A DNA stretch of 38,455 bases, taken from an uncultured bacterium. Lineage in GTDB: Bacteria; Zixibacteria; MSB-5A5; JAABVY01; JAHJOQ01. The translations under genes were made by a program, and so were the position numbers. Shown piece after piece: positions 10,172 to 19,813 of the stretch. The notes under the pieces are model-generated. The model did not search any database. It saw only the letters and a program-made list of their open reading frames with translations, and was not told the DNA's origin. Positions within the stretch are counted from its first letter, which is position 1, and each line of letters starts with the position of its first letter. The stretch is from contig CBDUQR010000028.1 of assembly GCA_965369655.1 (NCBI GenBank), forward strand, positions 1-38,455, written 5' to 3'.

Positions 10172-12369
10172 TGAGCAAAGTCCGTTTCATATTCGGTATT
10201 CACAACCATCAGCCGGTCGGGAATTTCCAGTCTGTGTTCGAGGAAGCTTTCGACAGATCGTACTACCCATTCCTTCAGCTTCTGGAAAGTTACCCGAAGA
10301 TCAGGACCAGCATCCATTTTTCCGGCGTATTGCTCAAATGGATCGAAGAAAACCGTCCACAGGGCATAGATATCCTCAGGAAGTTAGTCAAGTGCGGACA
10401 GCTCGAATTCATGACGGGTGGATTCTACGAACCGATTCTTCCGGTCATTCCGGATCACGACAAAGAAGGACAGATCAGGAAACTGACGCGCTATATCGAG
10501 AAAATCATCGGCGACATACCTGTCGGCATGTGGCTCGCCGAACGAGTCTGGGAGCCGCATCTCCCGAGAATCATGAAGAAAGCCGGCGTCAAGTACACTG
10601 TTCTCGATGACGCCCACTTCAGATACTCAGGATTGACGGACGACCAGCTTCACGGCTACTATCTGACCGAGGAGCAGGGCGACACAGTCGCGCTGTTTCC
10701 TATTTCGAGGAAACTGAGATACACCATCCCGTTCCGGCCCGTCGAGGAGACGATAGAGTATCTTCGGGAACTCAGCGCCAACGGCGATAATACCCTCGCC
10801 ATCTACGCCGATGACGGCGAGAAGTTCGGCGTCTGGCCCGGGACATATAAGACCTGTTTCACGGAGCGCTGGCTCGACAGATTGTTCGCTGCACTTTCGG
10901 ACAGTTCGGATTTCATCGAGATGATTCACTTCCGCGAGGCGCTCTCGAAGATGGAGCCATCCGGCAGGGTATACCTTCCGACCGCGAGCTATACCGAGAT
11001 GAACGAATGGGCGCTACCTGCGACGGCGATCATGAAATACGAAGAGTTCGTCGGCAAGTTGAAACAGGCAGGGTTCGACAGCGGGTACAACGTATTCGTC
11101 AGGGGCGGATTCTGGCGAAATTTCCTCGCCAAGTATCCCGAAACGAACAACATGCACAAGAAAATGCTGGCTGTGTCACAGAAAATCGTGCGAGCAAAAA
11201 GCGGGAATCCAGACCTGGCGCCGATACTCGGCGAAGCTGAAGACTACCTCTGGCGTGGACAGTGCAACTGCCCGTATTGGCATGGTGTGTTCGGAGGCCT
11301 CTATCTTACGCATATCAGGTCCGCGATCTATCAGAACTTGATAATGGCGGAGAAATGCATCGATGACGCAACCCATTCGCAGGAAAGCTGGATCGACGTA
11401 AGGCAGACCGACTTCGACCGGGACGGCAAGGACGAACTGTTAGTCGAGACACCGAGTGCTAACTACTACTTCATGCCGGCGTCGGGCGCATCGCTGTTCG
11501 AACTCGACTACAAGGCGTCAAACCTGAACATAGTTGACACAATCACTCGCAGGCAGGAAGGATATCACGACAAGATCAAATCCTCACGGACAGATGATGC
11601 AGCCGAGGGCGACACTGTTTCCATTCATGACTCGTTCAAATCGAAAGAGGAAGGCCTCGAAAAACTGCTGTCGTATGACTGGTACCGGCGAGCATGCTTC
11701 ATCGATCATTTCTTCGGAGAGGGTATCACGCCCGAGGAATTCGCAACCGCATCGTATCCTGAAGAGGGTGACTTCGTCAATCAGCCATATACTTCAGTTC
11801 ACGAGAAAGTCGGCTCCGACGCTCTCGTGAAATTCGCGCGCGACGGCGGTGTGTGGTCCGGAGGAAAGCATGCGAATATCCGAGTGGAAAAAGAATTTGT
11901 GATCGTTGGCTCTGACGCGAGGATCGACGTGAATTACATTCTGACGAACAATGACGAGTCAGCAGTCAATCTGCATTTCGGGATCGAACTCAACTTCGGA
12001 TTCCCAAGCCTGACATCTCCGGAAGTCAGCTACACGATCGACGGCAATGTCCCAGCCAGATACAAACGAACCGGCACAACATCCTCTCTGAAGAATATCT
12101 CGGAATTTGGCCTGCTGGATGGGGATGATAATTTCAGGATCGATTTCCTGCTCCAGAAAAAATCAATTCTCTGGCGCATGCCGGTCTACTCGGTCTCTCT
12201 CTCAGAGGATGGTTTTGAAAAGGTCCAGCAGGGAATCTGCATGGTGCCGTCGTGGAAGCTCCATCTCTCCCCGGGTGAAAGCTGGAAACTCGAACTGAAA
12301 ATGCGCATTCACGAACTCGACCCAGCTCAAGCGGCTCAGGTCGCACAGGTCTCACTCGCTCGCGCATAA
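10171..12369 (+). CDS. GH57 alpha-amylase / 4-alpha-glucanotransferase with DUF1925/DUF1926-type C-terminal domains
   Basis: GH57 motifs HNHQPVGN, GGFYEPIL, GMWLAERVWEP, DDGEKFGVWP and QCNCPYWHGVFGG; TGATG overlap with the MlaD gene. Confidence 0.92.
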   Translation: MSKVRFIFGIHNHQPVGNFQSVFEEAFDRSYYPFLQLLESYPKIRTSIHFSGVLLKWIEENRPQGIDILRKLVKCGQLEFMTGGFYEPILPVIPDHDKEGQIRKLTRYIEKIIGDIPVGMWLAERVWEPHLPRIMKKAGVKYTVLDDAHFRYSGLTDDQLHGYYLTEEQGDTVALFPISRKLRYTIPFRPVEETIEYLRELSANGDNTLAIYADDGEKFGVWPGTYKTCFTERWLDRLFAALSDSSDFIEMIHFREALSKMEPSGRVYLPTASYTEMNEWALPATAIMKYEEFVGKLKQAGFDSGYNVFVRGGFWRNFLAKYPETNNMHKKMLAVSQKIVRAKSGNPDLAPILGEAEDYLWRGQCNCPYWHGVFGGLYLTHIRSAIYQNLIMAEKCIDDATHSQESWIDVRQTDFDRDGKDELLVETPSANYYFMPASGASLFELDYKASNLNIVDTITRRQEGYHDKIKSSRTDDAAEGDTVSIHDSFKSKEEGLEKLLSYDWYRRACFIDHFFGEGITPEEFATASYPEEGDFVNQPYTSVHEKVGSDALVKFARDGGVWSGGKHANIRVEKEFVIVGSDARIDVNYILTNNDESAVNLHFGIELNFGFPSLTSPEVSYTIDGNVPARYKRTGTTSSLKNISEFGLLDGDDNFRIDFLLQKKSILWRMPVYSVSLSEDGFEKVQQGICMVPSWKLHLSPGESWKLELKMRIHELDPAQAAQVAQVSLARA

Positions 12370-12554
12370 CCTGTCCCGCACAGGGCCGGAAGACAGCTAC
12401 TCACCTCCGGCCTTTTCGTCTCCGGACAATCTACCGGCATACCTTGATTTCTTCAGTCCGATTCCATAACTTGCCCCCGGACAATACCTGAAACCTGGAC
12501 CGCTATCCGTTGTTACAATTTCTTGAGCGCACGGAGGGCGGCGGAGACAAGACT

Positions 12555-13394
12555 ATGAACTACCTCAAGACTACATTTCTGATGGCGCTGATGACAGTGT
12601 TGCTGGTGCTGATAGGCTCGTACCTCGGCGGACGCGGCGGTATGATGATTGCATTCGTGTTCGCTGTGGTGATGAATTTCGGCACTTACTGGTTCAGCGA
12701 TAAGATCGTTCTCCGCATGTATCGCGCGAAGCAGGTCACCGACGCAGAGGCTCCGCAGCTTCATGGCATGGTTCGCGAGTTGACAATGAAAGCGCGCCTG
12801 CCGATGCCGAAGGTCTACATCATACCGAACAGGACCCCCAACGCATTTGCGACCGGCCGCAATCCGAAACATGCCGCGGTAGCTGTCACCGAGGGCATCA
12901 TGGAAATACTGTCTCCAAATGAGCTTTCGGCGGTCATCGCGCATGAACTGGGACATGTAAAGAACAGGGATATCCTGATCGGCACAATCGCGGCAACGAT
13001 TGCAGGAGCAATATCGATGCTTGCGCACATGGCGCAGTGGGCAATGATTTTCGGTGGCGGTCGAGGCAGCAATCGCGACAGCGGCATCGGTGCGCTCGCA
13101 ATGCTAATCGTCGCTCCTATCGCCGCAATGCTGATCCAGATGGCGATATCGAGATCGAGAGAATATGCAGCAGATGCAGCCGGTGCAAGAATCCACGGCA
13201 TGCCGCGCGACCTCGCCAACGCTTTACGCAAATTGCACAAAGGCGTAAAGGCGCGACCGATGAAGGTCTCACCTGCGACTGCGCACATGTTTATCGTCAA
13301 TCCGCTGTCGGCGAAAGGGCTCGCGAAACTATTCTCGACTCATCCCCCCGTTGAAGAGCGAATCAAACGACTCGAAAGCATGACTCTGACATAG
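12555..13394 (+). CDS. htpX: Zinc metalloprotease HtpX (M48)
   Basis: [15 protein letters not shown] (AHELGH), [10 protein letters not shown] and FSTHPP; ATG at 12555 follows GGAG. Confidence 0.93.
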   Translation: MNYLKTTFLMALMTVLLVLIGSYLGGRGGMMIAFVFAVVMNFGTYWFSDKIVLRMYRAKQVTDAEAPQLHGMVRELTMKARLPMPKVYIIPNRTPNAFATGRNPKHAAVAVTEGIMEILSPNELSAVIAHELGHVKNRDILIGTIAATIAGAISMLAHMAQWAMIFGGGRGSNRDSGIGALAMLIVAPIAAMLIQMAISRSREYAADAAGARIHGMPRDLANALRKLHKGVKARPMKVSPATAHMFIVNPLSAKGLAKLFSTHPPVEERIKRLESMTLT

Positions 13395-13595
13395 TCAATA
13401 GCCGAAGATTCTTCAGCGATGTTTTTGTTGAATGCTTCCGCAACTGCACATACTGTTCTGACGTATGCTACAACTGAGTCGATATGAATTCGGCTTTCGC
13501 AGACTGCATCACTGATTGAATACATTTCGACTGACGCAGTATACTGAGTGGGTCAGAGTTGATTCACGTCTGCGACATAAGAGGAGGATCGCACC

Positions 13596-14522
13596 ATGTC
13601 GCTTGATTACTGGGAATTGGTAACGAAATCGCTGAGAAACGCGTGGGACTACAAGTTCCTGTGGTTGTTCGGGTTCTTTGCAGCAGGTTCTGAAGGCTTC
13701 GGTCATATCTTCTCGAACATCGGCAAGACCGGAGATCGTTATGATCTGGGTTCGATCGGAATAGAGCCGTTTATCATCGTCTGGCTGGCGCTTGCCGCTG
13801 TTTTTGTCGGATTGATGTTTTTCATCATGGCTGTTCTGTCCGAAGGCGCCATGATTCACGGTATCGTTCGCAAAGAATCGAATAGCGATGTCACATTCGG
13901 CGAATGCTGGGGCAAAGGCATCGACAAGTTCTGGCGGCTGTTTGTGATGATAATCATACTGACCATCGCAGTCATATTCTTCCTGTTATTTCTGGCCATG
14001 TTTATCGTACCGGCTTTCTTCGCACATTGGGTGCTTGGAATCGTACTCGTTGTGCTTGCCATACCGGTTATTATCGCGGCCATTTTCGTCACAGAAGCTG
14101 TTACGGCATGGGCAATCCGGTTCGCCGTGATCGAGGATTGCACGTGGATCGACTCGTTTTCAAACGGCTGGAAGATGTTGAAGGATCATTTCGGCAAGAC
14201 ATTCGCGGTCGCGCTGTCATCCGTGCTGACACAGATCGTTGGGGGAATAATAGTGATCCTCGTCGGCCTCATACTGGCAATTCCGTTCGTCATTCTGGGC
14301 CTGGCGAGTTTTTGGCTTGGAGTGATTCCGGGCGCTCTGTTCGGTCTTATAGTGATGGTACTCGTTGGAGCATACTTCGGTGTTTTTCAAAGCTCAATTT
14401 GGACACTGGCGTTCATGAAGATCAGAGAGACAGCAACGGAGGCTGTTCAGATATCAATCGATGTGAACCTGTCAGCCCGAGACGACTCGGACAGCAATTC
14501 TGAGGAATCCGATATTGAGTAG
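13596..14522 (+). CDS. Multi-pass membrane protein of unknown function with an acidic C-terminal tail
   Basis: 308 aa with about 6-7 hydrophobic segments; AGGAGG RBS. Confidence 0.8.
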   Translation: MSLDYWELVTKSLRNAWDYKFLWLFGFFAAGSEGFGHIFSNIGKTGDRYDLGSIGIEPFIIVWLALAAVFVGLMFFIMAVLSEGAMIHGIVRKESNSDVTFGECWGKGIDKFWRLFVMIIILTIAVIFFLLFLAMFIVPAFFAHWVLGIVLVVLAIPVIIAAIFVTEAVTAWAIRFAVIEDCTWIDSFSNGWKMLKDHFGKTFAVALSSVLTQIVGGIIVILVGLILAIPFVILGLASFWLGVIPGALFGLIVMVLVGAYFGVFQSSIWTLAFMKIRETATEAVQISIDVNLSARDDSDSNSEESDIE

Positions 14523-14534
14523 TCTTGCAGTCTT

Positions 14535-14945
14535 GTAGCTCACGTCCACTTGCATAGTCCTGAGTTTGAGGAAGGGGGACGTGAGAAATACCGGAATCCA
14601 GTCTTCCTTCTGCAATTCGCTTGATCCGGACAGAGTGATCGACTATATTCGCTCAGCGCCAGCAACATTGAATCGACAACGATATTGAAGGCAATAAGTA
14701 ACTGGGGATGTCGAAACCGCCCTTCGAAAGCTCAGGGCAGGCAAGGGGTTTCGACCTACTCGACTGAATGCAGGAAGGATACGCGAGGAATGCCCAATTG
14801 TCAATCCCTCCCGTAGGTCAGGATCCCTGTGATCCTGACGAAATATCCGAGTAGCTCACGTCCGCTTGCGTAGTCCTGAGTTTGACGAAGGGGGACGTGA
14901 GGAATATCTGTAGCCCATTCAGAGCGAAGCGGCGGATGGGTTCGC
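14535..14945. repeat. Cluster of five GTAG-type REP hairpins, three with 22-23-nt inserts
   Basis: REPs at 14535-14585, 14704-14760 (minus), 14813-14840, 14851-14901 and 14910-14942; 14535-14585 and 14851-14901 are near-identical. Confidence 0.75.
14621..14649 (+). promoter_or_regulatory. Sigma70-type promoter (copy 1 of a duplicated module)
   Basis: TTGATC-17-TATATT; homologous to 18528-18556. Confidence 0.55.
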
Positions 14946-15032
14946 CCAATATGTGAGAAAATACTTGTATGAAGCACTCAGAAGTAGTTATTGTAGTGCA
15001 TGAATTCGATATTAGAAAAATGGGGCATAACG

Positions 15033-16748
15033 ATGACACTGCGGCATCTTATGCTTGCACTGGTCGTATGTCTCATTGCAGCGGACATTGGATATTCAGA
15101 GAAAATCGCGCGCTGGCCGTATGCGGAATACGGAGCGACCCTCAACGAAGAGAAGCGAGACTCACTACTGGACAGCTGTTATTCAAGTACCAGGATAAAA
15201 AGATGGTTCTTCGAAGTTTCAGATGCGTCTGAATGCAGCTCTTTTGTCGGTTTCCCGTTAAGCTTCTTGAAGAGTGTTGATTTCCGAGGAACAATATTCG
15301 ATTCGATCGGTATTTTCAGTTTCGCCGATTTCTCTGACAAGGTATCGTTCTGGAGTGCTAAATTCCAGAGCGGAGCCTCGTTTCTGAGTGCAACATTTGA
15401 TAGCTCCAGTTCGGTCGGTTTCATACTCACTGATTTCTCCGATGTGGTATTGTTTAGCAATGCTGAGTTCATGGGCGGAGTGGGCTTTATAGCGACGACA
15501 TTTGACAGCTCCAGTTTGGTCTCATTCAACGGTGCCGATTTTTCCGACACGGTGATCTTTTCCGCTGAGTTCCATGGCGGAGCGAACTTTGCAAACGTGA
15601 TATTTGACAGCTCTAGTTTGGTCGATTTCCTTTTTGCCAAGTTTTCCGACGATGTTTCGTTTGAGGAAGCTAAGTTTCAAGGCAGAGTGAACTTCTTAGA
15701 GGTTACTTTTGAAAAGGGTGCCTCCTTTTCGCGTGCTATTCTTGGAAATAGTTTCCATGGGCGTGACAGTTCATTCGTGGATTTTTCAGGTGGGAGCACG
15801 AGAGGTGACCTCAATTTCAACAGCGCTCGAATCTATTGCCCAGTCGATTTCAGAGGCTTGAAGTTTCTTAACCCTCTCCCTGACAACCGTGTGGTCGGAG
15901 AAGTCGATTCCGGGCAGGTGAATCTCAACCTGAAGTATCTGTCCAGCCGAGATGAACCACAGGCGCTTTTCCATAATGCGCGGATTTACGACACGATCCG
16001 AGTCGGCAACCGAGGTACATGGGATCCGCAGAGTTATGATTTTTCACTCGCGCTTTTCCCAGAGAAGAATCTTGACGTTGCTGTCAAGCCAGCCATTGTT
16101 CTCTACGGTCCTGTAAAGCTAAAAATGCAAATAGAGAAATTCAAGTATCTGTCTTTTGGTGACTCCCTTTCATACTTCGATAAAAGAAACATCATTGATT
16201 ACTTGAAACAGGAATCCTATGCCGGTTCAGATTTCAAGAAAGAACGATTCGAACTCGATTACCTCTTTGTGTGCGAGACAGCAAATCAGAAGGAATCTAC
16301 AAGCTATGAGAAGAAATCATGGCTCGGCTGTATCTGGCCGTGGATTAATGGAGTCACGCTTGGCTATGGCTACAGACCTTTTCGGATAGTCTGGTGGGCT
16401 CTTGGAATATCAGTTTTGTTTGCTTTGCTCTATTGTCGGTTGTCTAGCGGAGGTTTTTGTATAAACATTGTGTGTTACCTGAGAAAGCTGAGCAATCCTA
16501 ATGATGAAGTTGAAAGTGCAAGTCTATGGAAAACAAAACCGGAGGCTCTGCTTTACTGTTTGTGGTTTAGCATTTCAACCTTGCTTCTCATTCGATTGAA
16601 GCCGAGGCTTCTCGTTTCTTTTGATCATAAGGAAAAAAGATTCGTTATCACGGAGTACATCATCGGACTCGCCCTCTACGCGTATTTCATTATCGGTTCA
16701 AAAGCCGGATCAATCGGCACAACGATTGTCGAGCTTTTCACGGGATAG
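15033..16748 (+). CDS. Pentapeptide-repeat protein with signal peptide and C-terminal membrane domain
   Basis: Repeated F..A.F units (FSFADFSDKVSFWSAKFQSGASFLSATF), GYGYRPFRIVWW and hydrophobic helices. ATG 15033 gives a signal peptide; the alternative start is 15000. Confidence 0.78.
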   Translation: MTLRHLMLALVVCLIAADIGYSEKIARWPYAEYGATLNEEKRDSLLDSCYSSTRIKRWFFEVSDASECSSFVGFPLSFLKSVDFRGTIFDSIGIFSFADFSDKVSFWSAKFQSGASFLSATFDSSSSVGFILTDFSDVVLFSNAEFMGGVGFIATTFDSSSLVSFNGADFSDTVIFSAEFHGGANFANVIFDSSSLVDFLFAKFSDDVSFEEAKFQGRVNFLEVTFEKGASFSRAILGNSFHGRDSSFVDFSGGSTRGDLNFNSARIYCPVDFRGLKFLNPLPDNRVVGEVDSGQVNLNLKYLSSRDEPQALFHNARIYDTIRVGNRGTWDPQSYDFSLALFPEKNLDVAVKPAIVLYGPVKLKMQIEKFKYLSFGDSLSYFDKRNIIDYLKQESYAGSDFKKERFELDYLFVCETANQKESTSYEKKSWLGCIWPWINGVTLGYGYRPFRIVWWALGISVLFALLYCRLSSGGFCINIVCYLRKLSNPNDEVESASLWKTKPEALLYCLWFSISTLLLIRLKPRLLVSFDHKEKRFVITEYIIGLALYAYFIIGSKAGSIGTTIVELFTG

Positions 16749-16805
16749 CAGATTATCACGCACTAAGCGGACATGATCTACTCGCCTGAAAGTGCCCGAA
16801 TTGTC

Positions 16806-16892
16806 GTCATCGCGAGGAGCGTAGCGACGTGGCGATCTCAGTTCCTATAACACTCAAACATACTGAGATTGCTTCGCTTCGCTCGCAATGAC
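16806..16892. repeat. REP doublet of GTCATYGCGAG type
   Basis: GTCATCGCGAGGAGCGTAGCGACGTGGCGATCTCAGT ... ACTGAGATTGCTTCGCTTCGCTCGCAATGAC; related copy at about 26468-26585. Confidence 0.7.
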
Positions 16893-16965
16893 AATGCAGT
16901 GGATTTCTCAGCGCGTATTAAAAGTTGCCACAATCCTGTGTACTTCTTATCATCACAGGACAATT

Positions 16966-18504
16966 ATGCATCAAAATAACAACAATTCATTGCACGGGAA
17001 CCTCAAGAGAACAATCGGCCTGATCGCAGGTCCCGTTGCTGCCGTGTGCATCCTGTTATTCTTCGATCTTGATCCGGACAATCTGCTTGTGACACGCACT
17101 GCGGCTGTCGCGCTCTTGATGGCGATCTGGTGGATCACCGAGGCGATCCCGATTCCGGCGACCGCACTGCTTCCGGTTGCGCTGTTTCCGCTTCTCGGTA
17201 TCATGAACGGCAAATCTGTCGCATCGACATATTTCAACAACATCATCTCCCTGTTCATCGGTGGATTCATCATGGCGCTCGCGATGCAGAAATGGAATCT
17301 GCACCGGCGCATCGCACTCAGAATCATGCTGCTGATCGGCACCAGCCCGAAGCGGATCATACTCGGATTCATGGTTGCAACTGCATTTCTTTCGATGTGG
17401 ATATCCAATACCGCCACGACCATGATGATGGTGCCTATCGCGATGGCGATCATCATCAAACTCAGGGAGACCGTCAATAGTGACGCCGTGTCGCGCTTCT
17501 CGGTCGCGCTGCTGATTAGCATCGCGTATTCAGCATCGATAGGCGGCATCGCGACACTGATCGGCACTCCGCCCAATCTGTCGTTCACTCGGATTTTCAA
17601 TATCTATTTCCCGAACGCTCCCGACATCACATTCGCGGGATGGTTCACCTTTGGGCTGCCCTGCTCGGTCTTGTTTCTGCTGATCGCATGGCTGCTGATA
17701 ACAACATTCTTCATACCGAAAAAGCGTGCCATGACCGCCGATGCCAGAGTGTTCCGCGATGAGTACAGTCGCCTCGGCAGGATGTCCTACGAGGAGAAGC
17801 TGGTGCTCGTCCTGTTCGTGATAATGGCGTTGTTGTGGCTGCTCAGGAAAGATATCAATGTCGGATGGTTCGCGATCCCCGGATGGTCATCGATCCTGCC
17901 GGTACCGAAATTCATCGATGATGGCACTATCGCTATCGTGATTTCGCTGCTGCTGTTCGTGATTCCGTCACGGTCGAGGAAGCGCGGCAGGTTGATGAAC
18001 TGGGAAACAGCGTCGAAACTGCATTGGGGCATAGTGATACTTTTCGGTGGTGGATTCGCGCTGGCGAGCGGATTCAAGGAGTCCGGCCTGTCGGTATGGG
18101 TAGCCGAGCAGCTTGCCGGACTTGGAGACACCTCGCCGGTCTTTCTCGTTGCATCGATTTGCACGATGCTGACATTCCTGACCGAGTTGACCTCGAATAC
18201 TGCCACTACCGAGATGATCCTCCCGCTTCTCGGATCGCTTGCGGTTGCGATCAAGGTGAATCCGTTGCTCCTGATGATCCCGGCGACACTGTCGGCGTCA
18301 TGCGCGTTCATGCTGCCGGTCGCGACGCCACCGAATGCGATTGTGTTCGGTTCGGGCGAGATCAAAATGTCCGACATGGTACGCATCGGCATAATCATGA
18401 ATCTAATCGGCGTCATCCTGATCACATCAGCGATCTACCTGCTCGGCCTAACGGTCTTCAACATCGATCTCGGACAGATGCCGGAATGGGCCGTGTCGAG
18501 TTAG
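16966..18504 (+). CDS. SLC13/DASS family sodium:dicarboxylate or sulfate symporter
   Basis: WWITEAIP, SMWISNTAT, IGTPPN, ELTSNTAT and FMLPVATPPNAIVF motifs. ATG 16966 follows AGGA; the 16888 ATG lies inside a REP. Confidence 0.92.
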   Translation: MHQNNNNSLHGNLKRTIGLIAGPVAAVCILLFFDLDPDNLLVTRTAAVALLMAIWWITEAIPIPATALLPVALFPLLGIMNGKSVASTYFNNIISLFIGGFIMALAMQKWNLHRRIALRIMLLIGTSPKRIILGFMVATAFLSMWISNTATTMMMVPIAMAIIIKLRETVNSDAVSRFSVALLISIAYSASIGGIATLIGTPPNLSFTRIFNIYFPNAPDITFAGWFTFGLPCSVLFLLIAWLLITTFFIPKKRAMTADARVFRDEYSRLGRMSYEEKLVLVLFVIMALLWLLRKDINVGWFAIPGWSSILPVPKFIDDGTIAIVISLLLFVIPSRSRKRGRLMNWETASKLHWGIVILFGGGFALASGFKESGLSVWVAEQLAGLGDTSPVFLVASICTMLTFLTELTSNTATTEMILPLLGSLAVAIKVNPLLLMIPATLSASCAFMLPVATPPNAIVFGSGEIKMSDMVRIGIIMNLIGVILITSAIYLLGLTVFNIDLGQMPEWAVSS

Positions 18505-18527
18505 AGATGCCACCCGCCAAAATGCGC

Positions 18528-18651
18528 TTGATTCAGACAGTGTTATTGATTATCTTCACCTCGGATTTAGCACCATTGATTTGACAACGTTATTGAAGGG
18601 AACTGATAACTGGGGATGTCGAAACCACGTGGGGTTCGACTTACTCGACTG
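18528..18651 (+). promoter_or_regulatory. Promoter, leader and insert-free REP (copy 2 of the duplicated module)
   Basis: TTGATT-17-TATCTT followed by sequence colinear with 14650-14766. Confidence 0.55.
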
Positions 18652-18686
18652 GAAACTATATAAAGAGAAGTTGGCCGGAGAGAACG

Positions 18687-19337
18687 ATGATAGAGATATT
18701 ATAAGCAATCGGCATTCCCGCCATCGTTATGGTTCTCGCCATTGCTGTGGGTGTCTTCTTAAGGGAACTCTGGCCTCTGTTTGCGGCGAATCGGCTACAG
18801 GCAGTGCAGGCAGTTCAGAACCGCGTTATTGAGCAATACGAACGACAGATAGAGGAATTCTACCTCCCTCTACGGCAACGATTTCTTCTGTCGCAACTCT
18901 TGCACGAAACTACTAATGACTGGATGATTGAACGTGCATACACAAACGATGCGCTAAACGTGCAGTCAGATGATCCGAGAGCACTCCGAAAGATCGTTGT
19001 TCGAGGGATGTTCATGCCGTGCAATCGCGACATCCAGGAACTCATCCTCAATAAGAGCCACCTCAAGGCAGACTATGATGAGGCGCGATATGAGGTCATT
19101 CTTCGTCACTTTGTGATTTGGAGTAACCTTGAATCTGCCTTGGAGAACGGAAGCATCGTAGACTACGATGCAAGCCACATCCTCAGTTTTCCAGATGAGG
19201 AGGTGCGAAAGCACCATCTGGCGTGCGATCAATTGCTCGATGAAAGAGACGAGTTGTTAAAGCGAATGCAGACCGTGGCATGGACTGCATATCGTAGCAG
19301 ATACCATCGTAACGGAAAAAAAGGAGAACCAACATGA
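18687..19337 (+). CDS. Hypothetical membrane-anchored protein; in-frame TAA at codon 6 (open frame from 18729)
   Basis: GGAGAG, then ATG 18687 MIEIL*AIGIPAIV, in frame with the 18729 ORF (MVLAIAVGVF...ERQIEEFYLPL). Confidence 0.65.
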
Positions 19338-19585
19338 AGGAAAGAACGCGAGAACTACTGAAGGATCGACACGGTGCATCATCAAACAACTATGGCTGCC
19401 CCGTGCACATCTCGCTCGATGCATGTGGTGCCCTGTTCAAAGAGGCAGGTATAGCGCCCACTCCAGGAGCGGTAGGCAAACTCGGAGACGTGCTCGAAAA
19501 CTATGCCCTTATGTTAATGAAAGGTGTAAGCGGAGGAAGAATCAGCGAGACTGACCTTGCCCGCATCGTTGATGAGATAGGCTGA
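19334..19585 (+). CDS. Small protein, putative histone fold with shortened alpha2
   Basis: AAGGAG RBS and ATGA overlap with the upstream gene; pattern G.LFKEAG...A..KL..VLE....L...RI...DL...V resembles archaeal and bacterial histones. Confidence 0.6.
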   Translation: MKERTRELLKDRHGASSNNYGCPVHISLDACGALFKEAGIAPTPGAVGKLGDVLENYALMLMKGVSGGRISETDLARIVDEIG

Positions 19586-19588
19586 GCA

Positions 19589-19725
19589 GGTAGCCCACCC
19601 AACCCGGTAGCCCACCCAAAGTGAAAGCGTCGGGTGGGTTCACATTTCACAGGTGGCTCACCTTTGGGGTGAGGATACTTCTTCGGTTCTCGGATATCAA
19701 ACCCACCGCAATCAGTGGGCCACCA
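19589..19725. repeat. GTAGCCCACCC-type REP cluster with a short tandem duplication; degenerate copy at 20701-20737
   Basis: GGTAGCCCACCCAA twice (19589 and 19606), then GGGTGGGTT; GGTAACCCACCCAAAGCGTAAGC at 20702. Confidence 0.6.
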
Positions 19726-19813
19726 GTCAATGTGTATAGCCTCATAGGATGGAGTAAGACGATTAGCGGTGTCACAAAAATCTAACCGTGCAGCGGAAGT
19801 CAGGAGGAACAAT

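Noticed and set aside
14535-14945. Clustered repeats as a CRISPR array or integron attC sites
   Set aside because: The repeats are heterogeneous, irregularly spaced and in mixed orientation; no cas or intI genes and no RYYYAAC/GTTRRRY boxes were seen.
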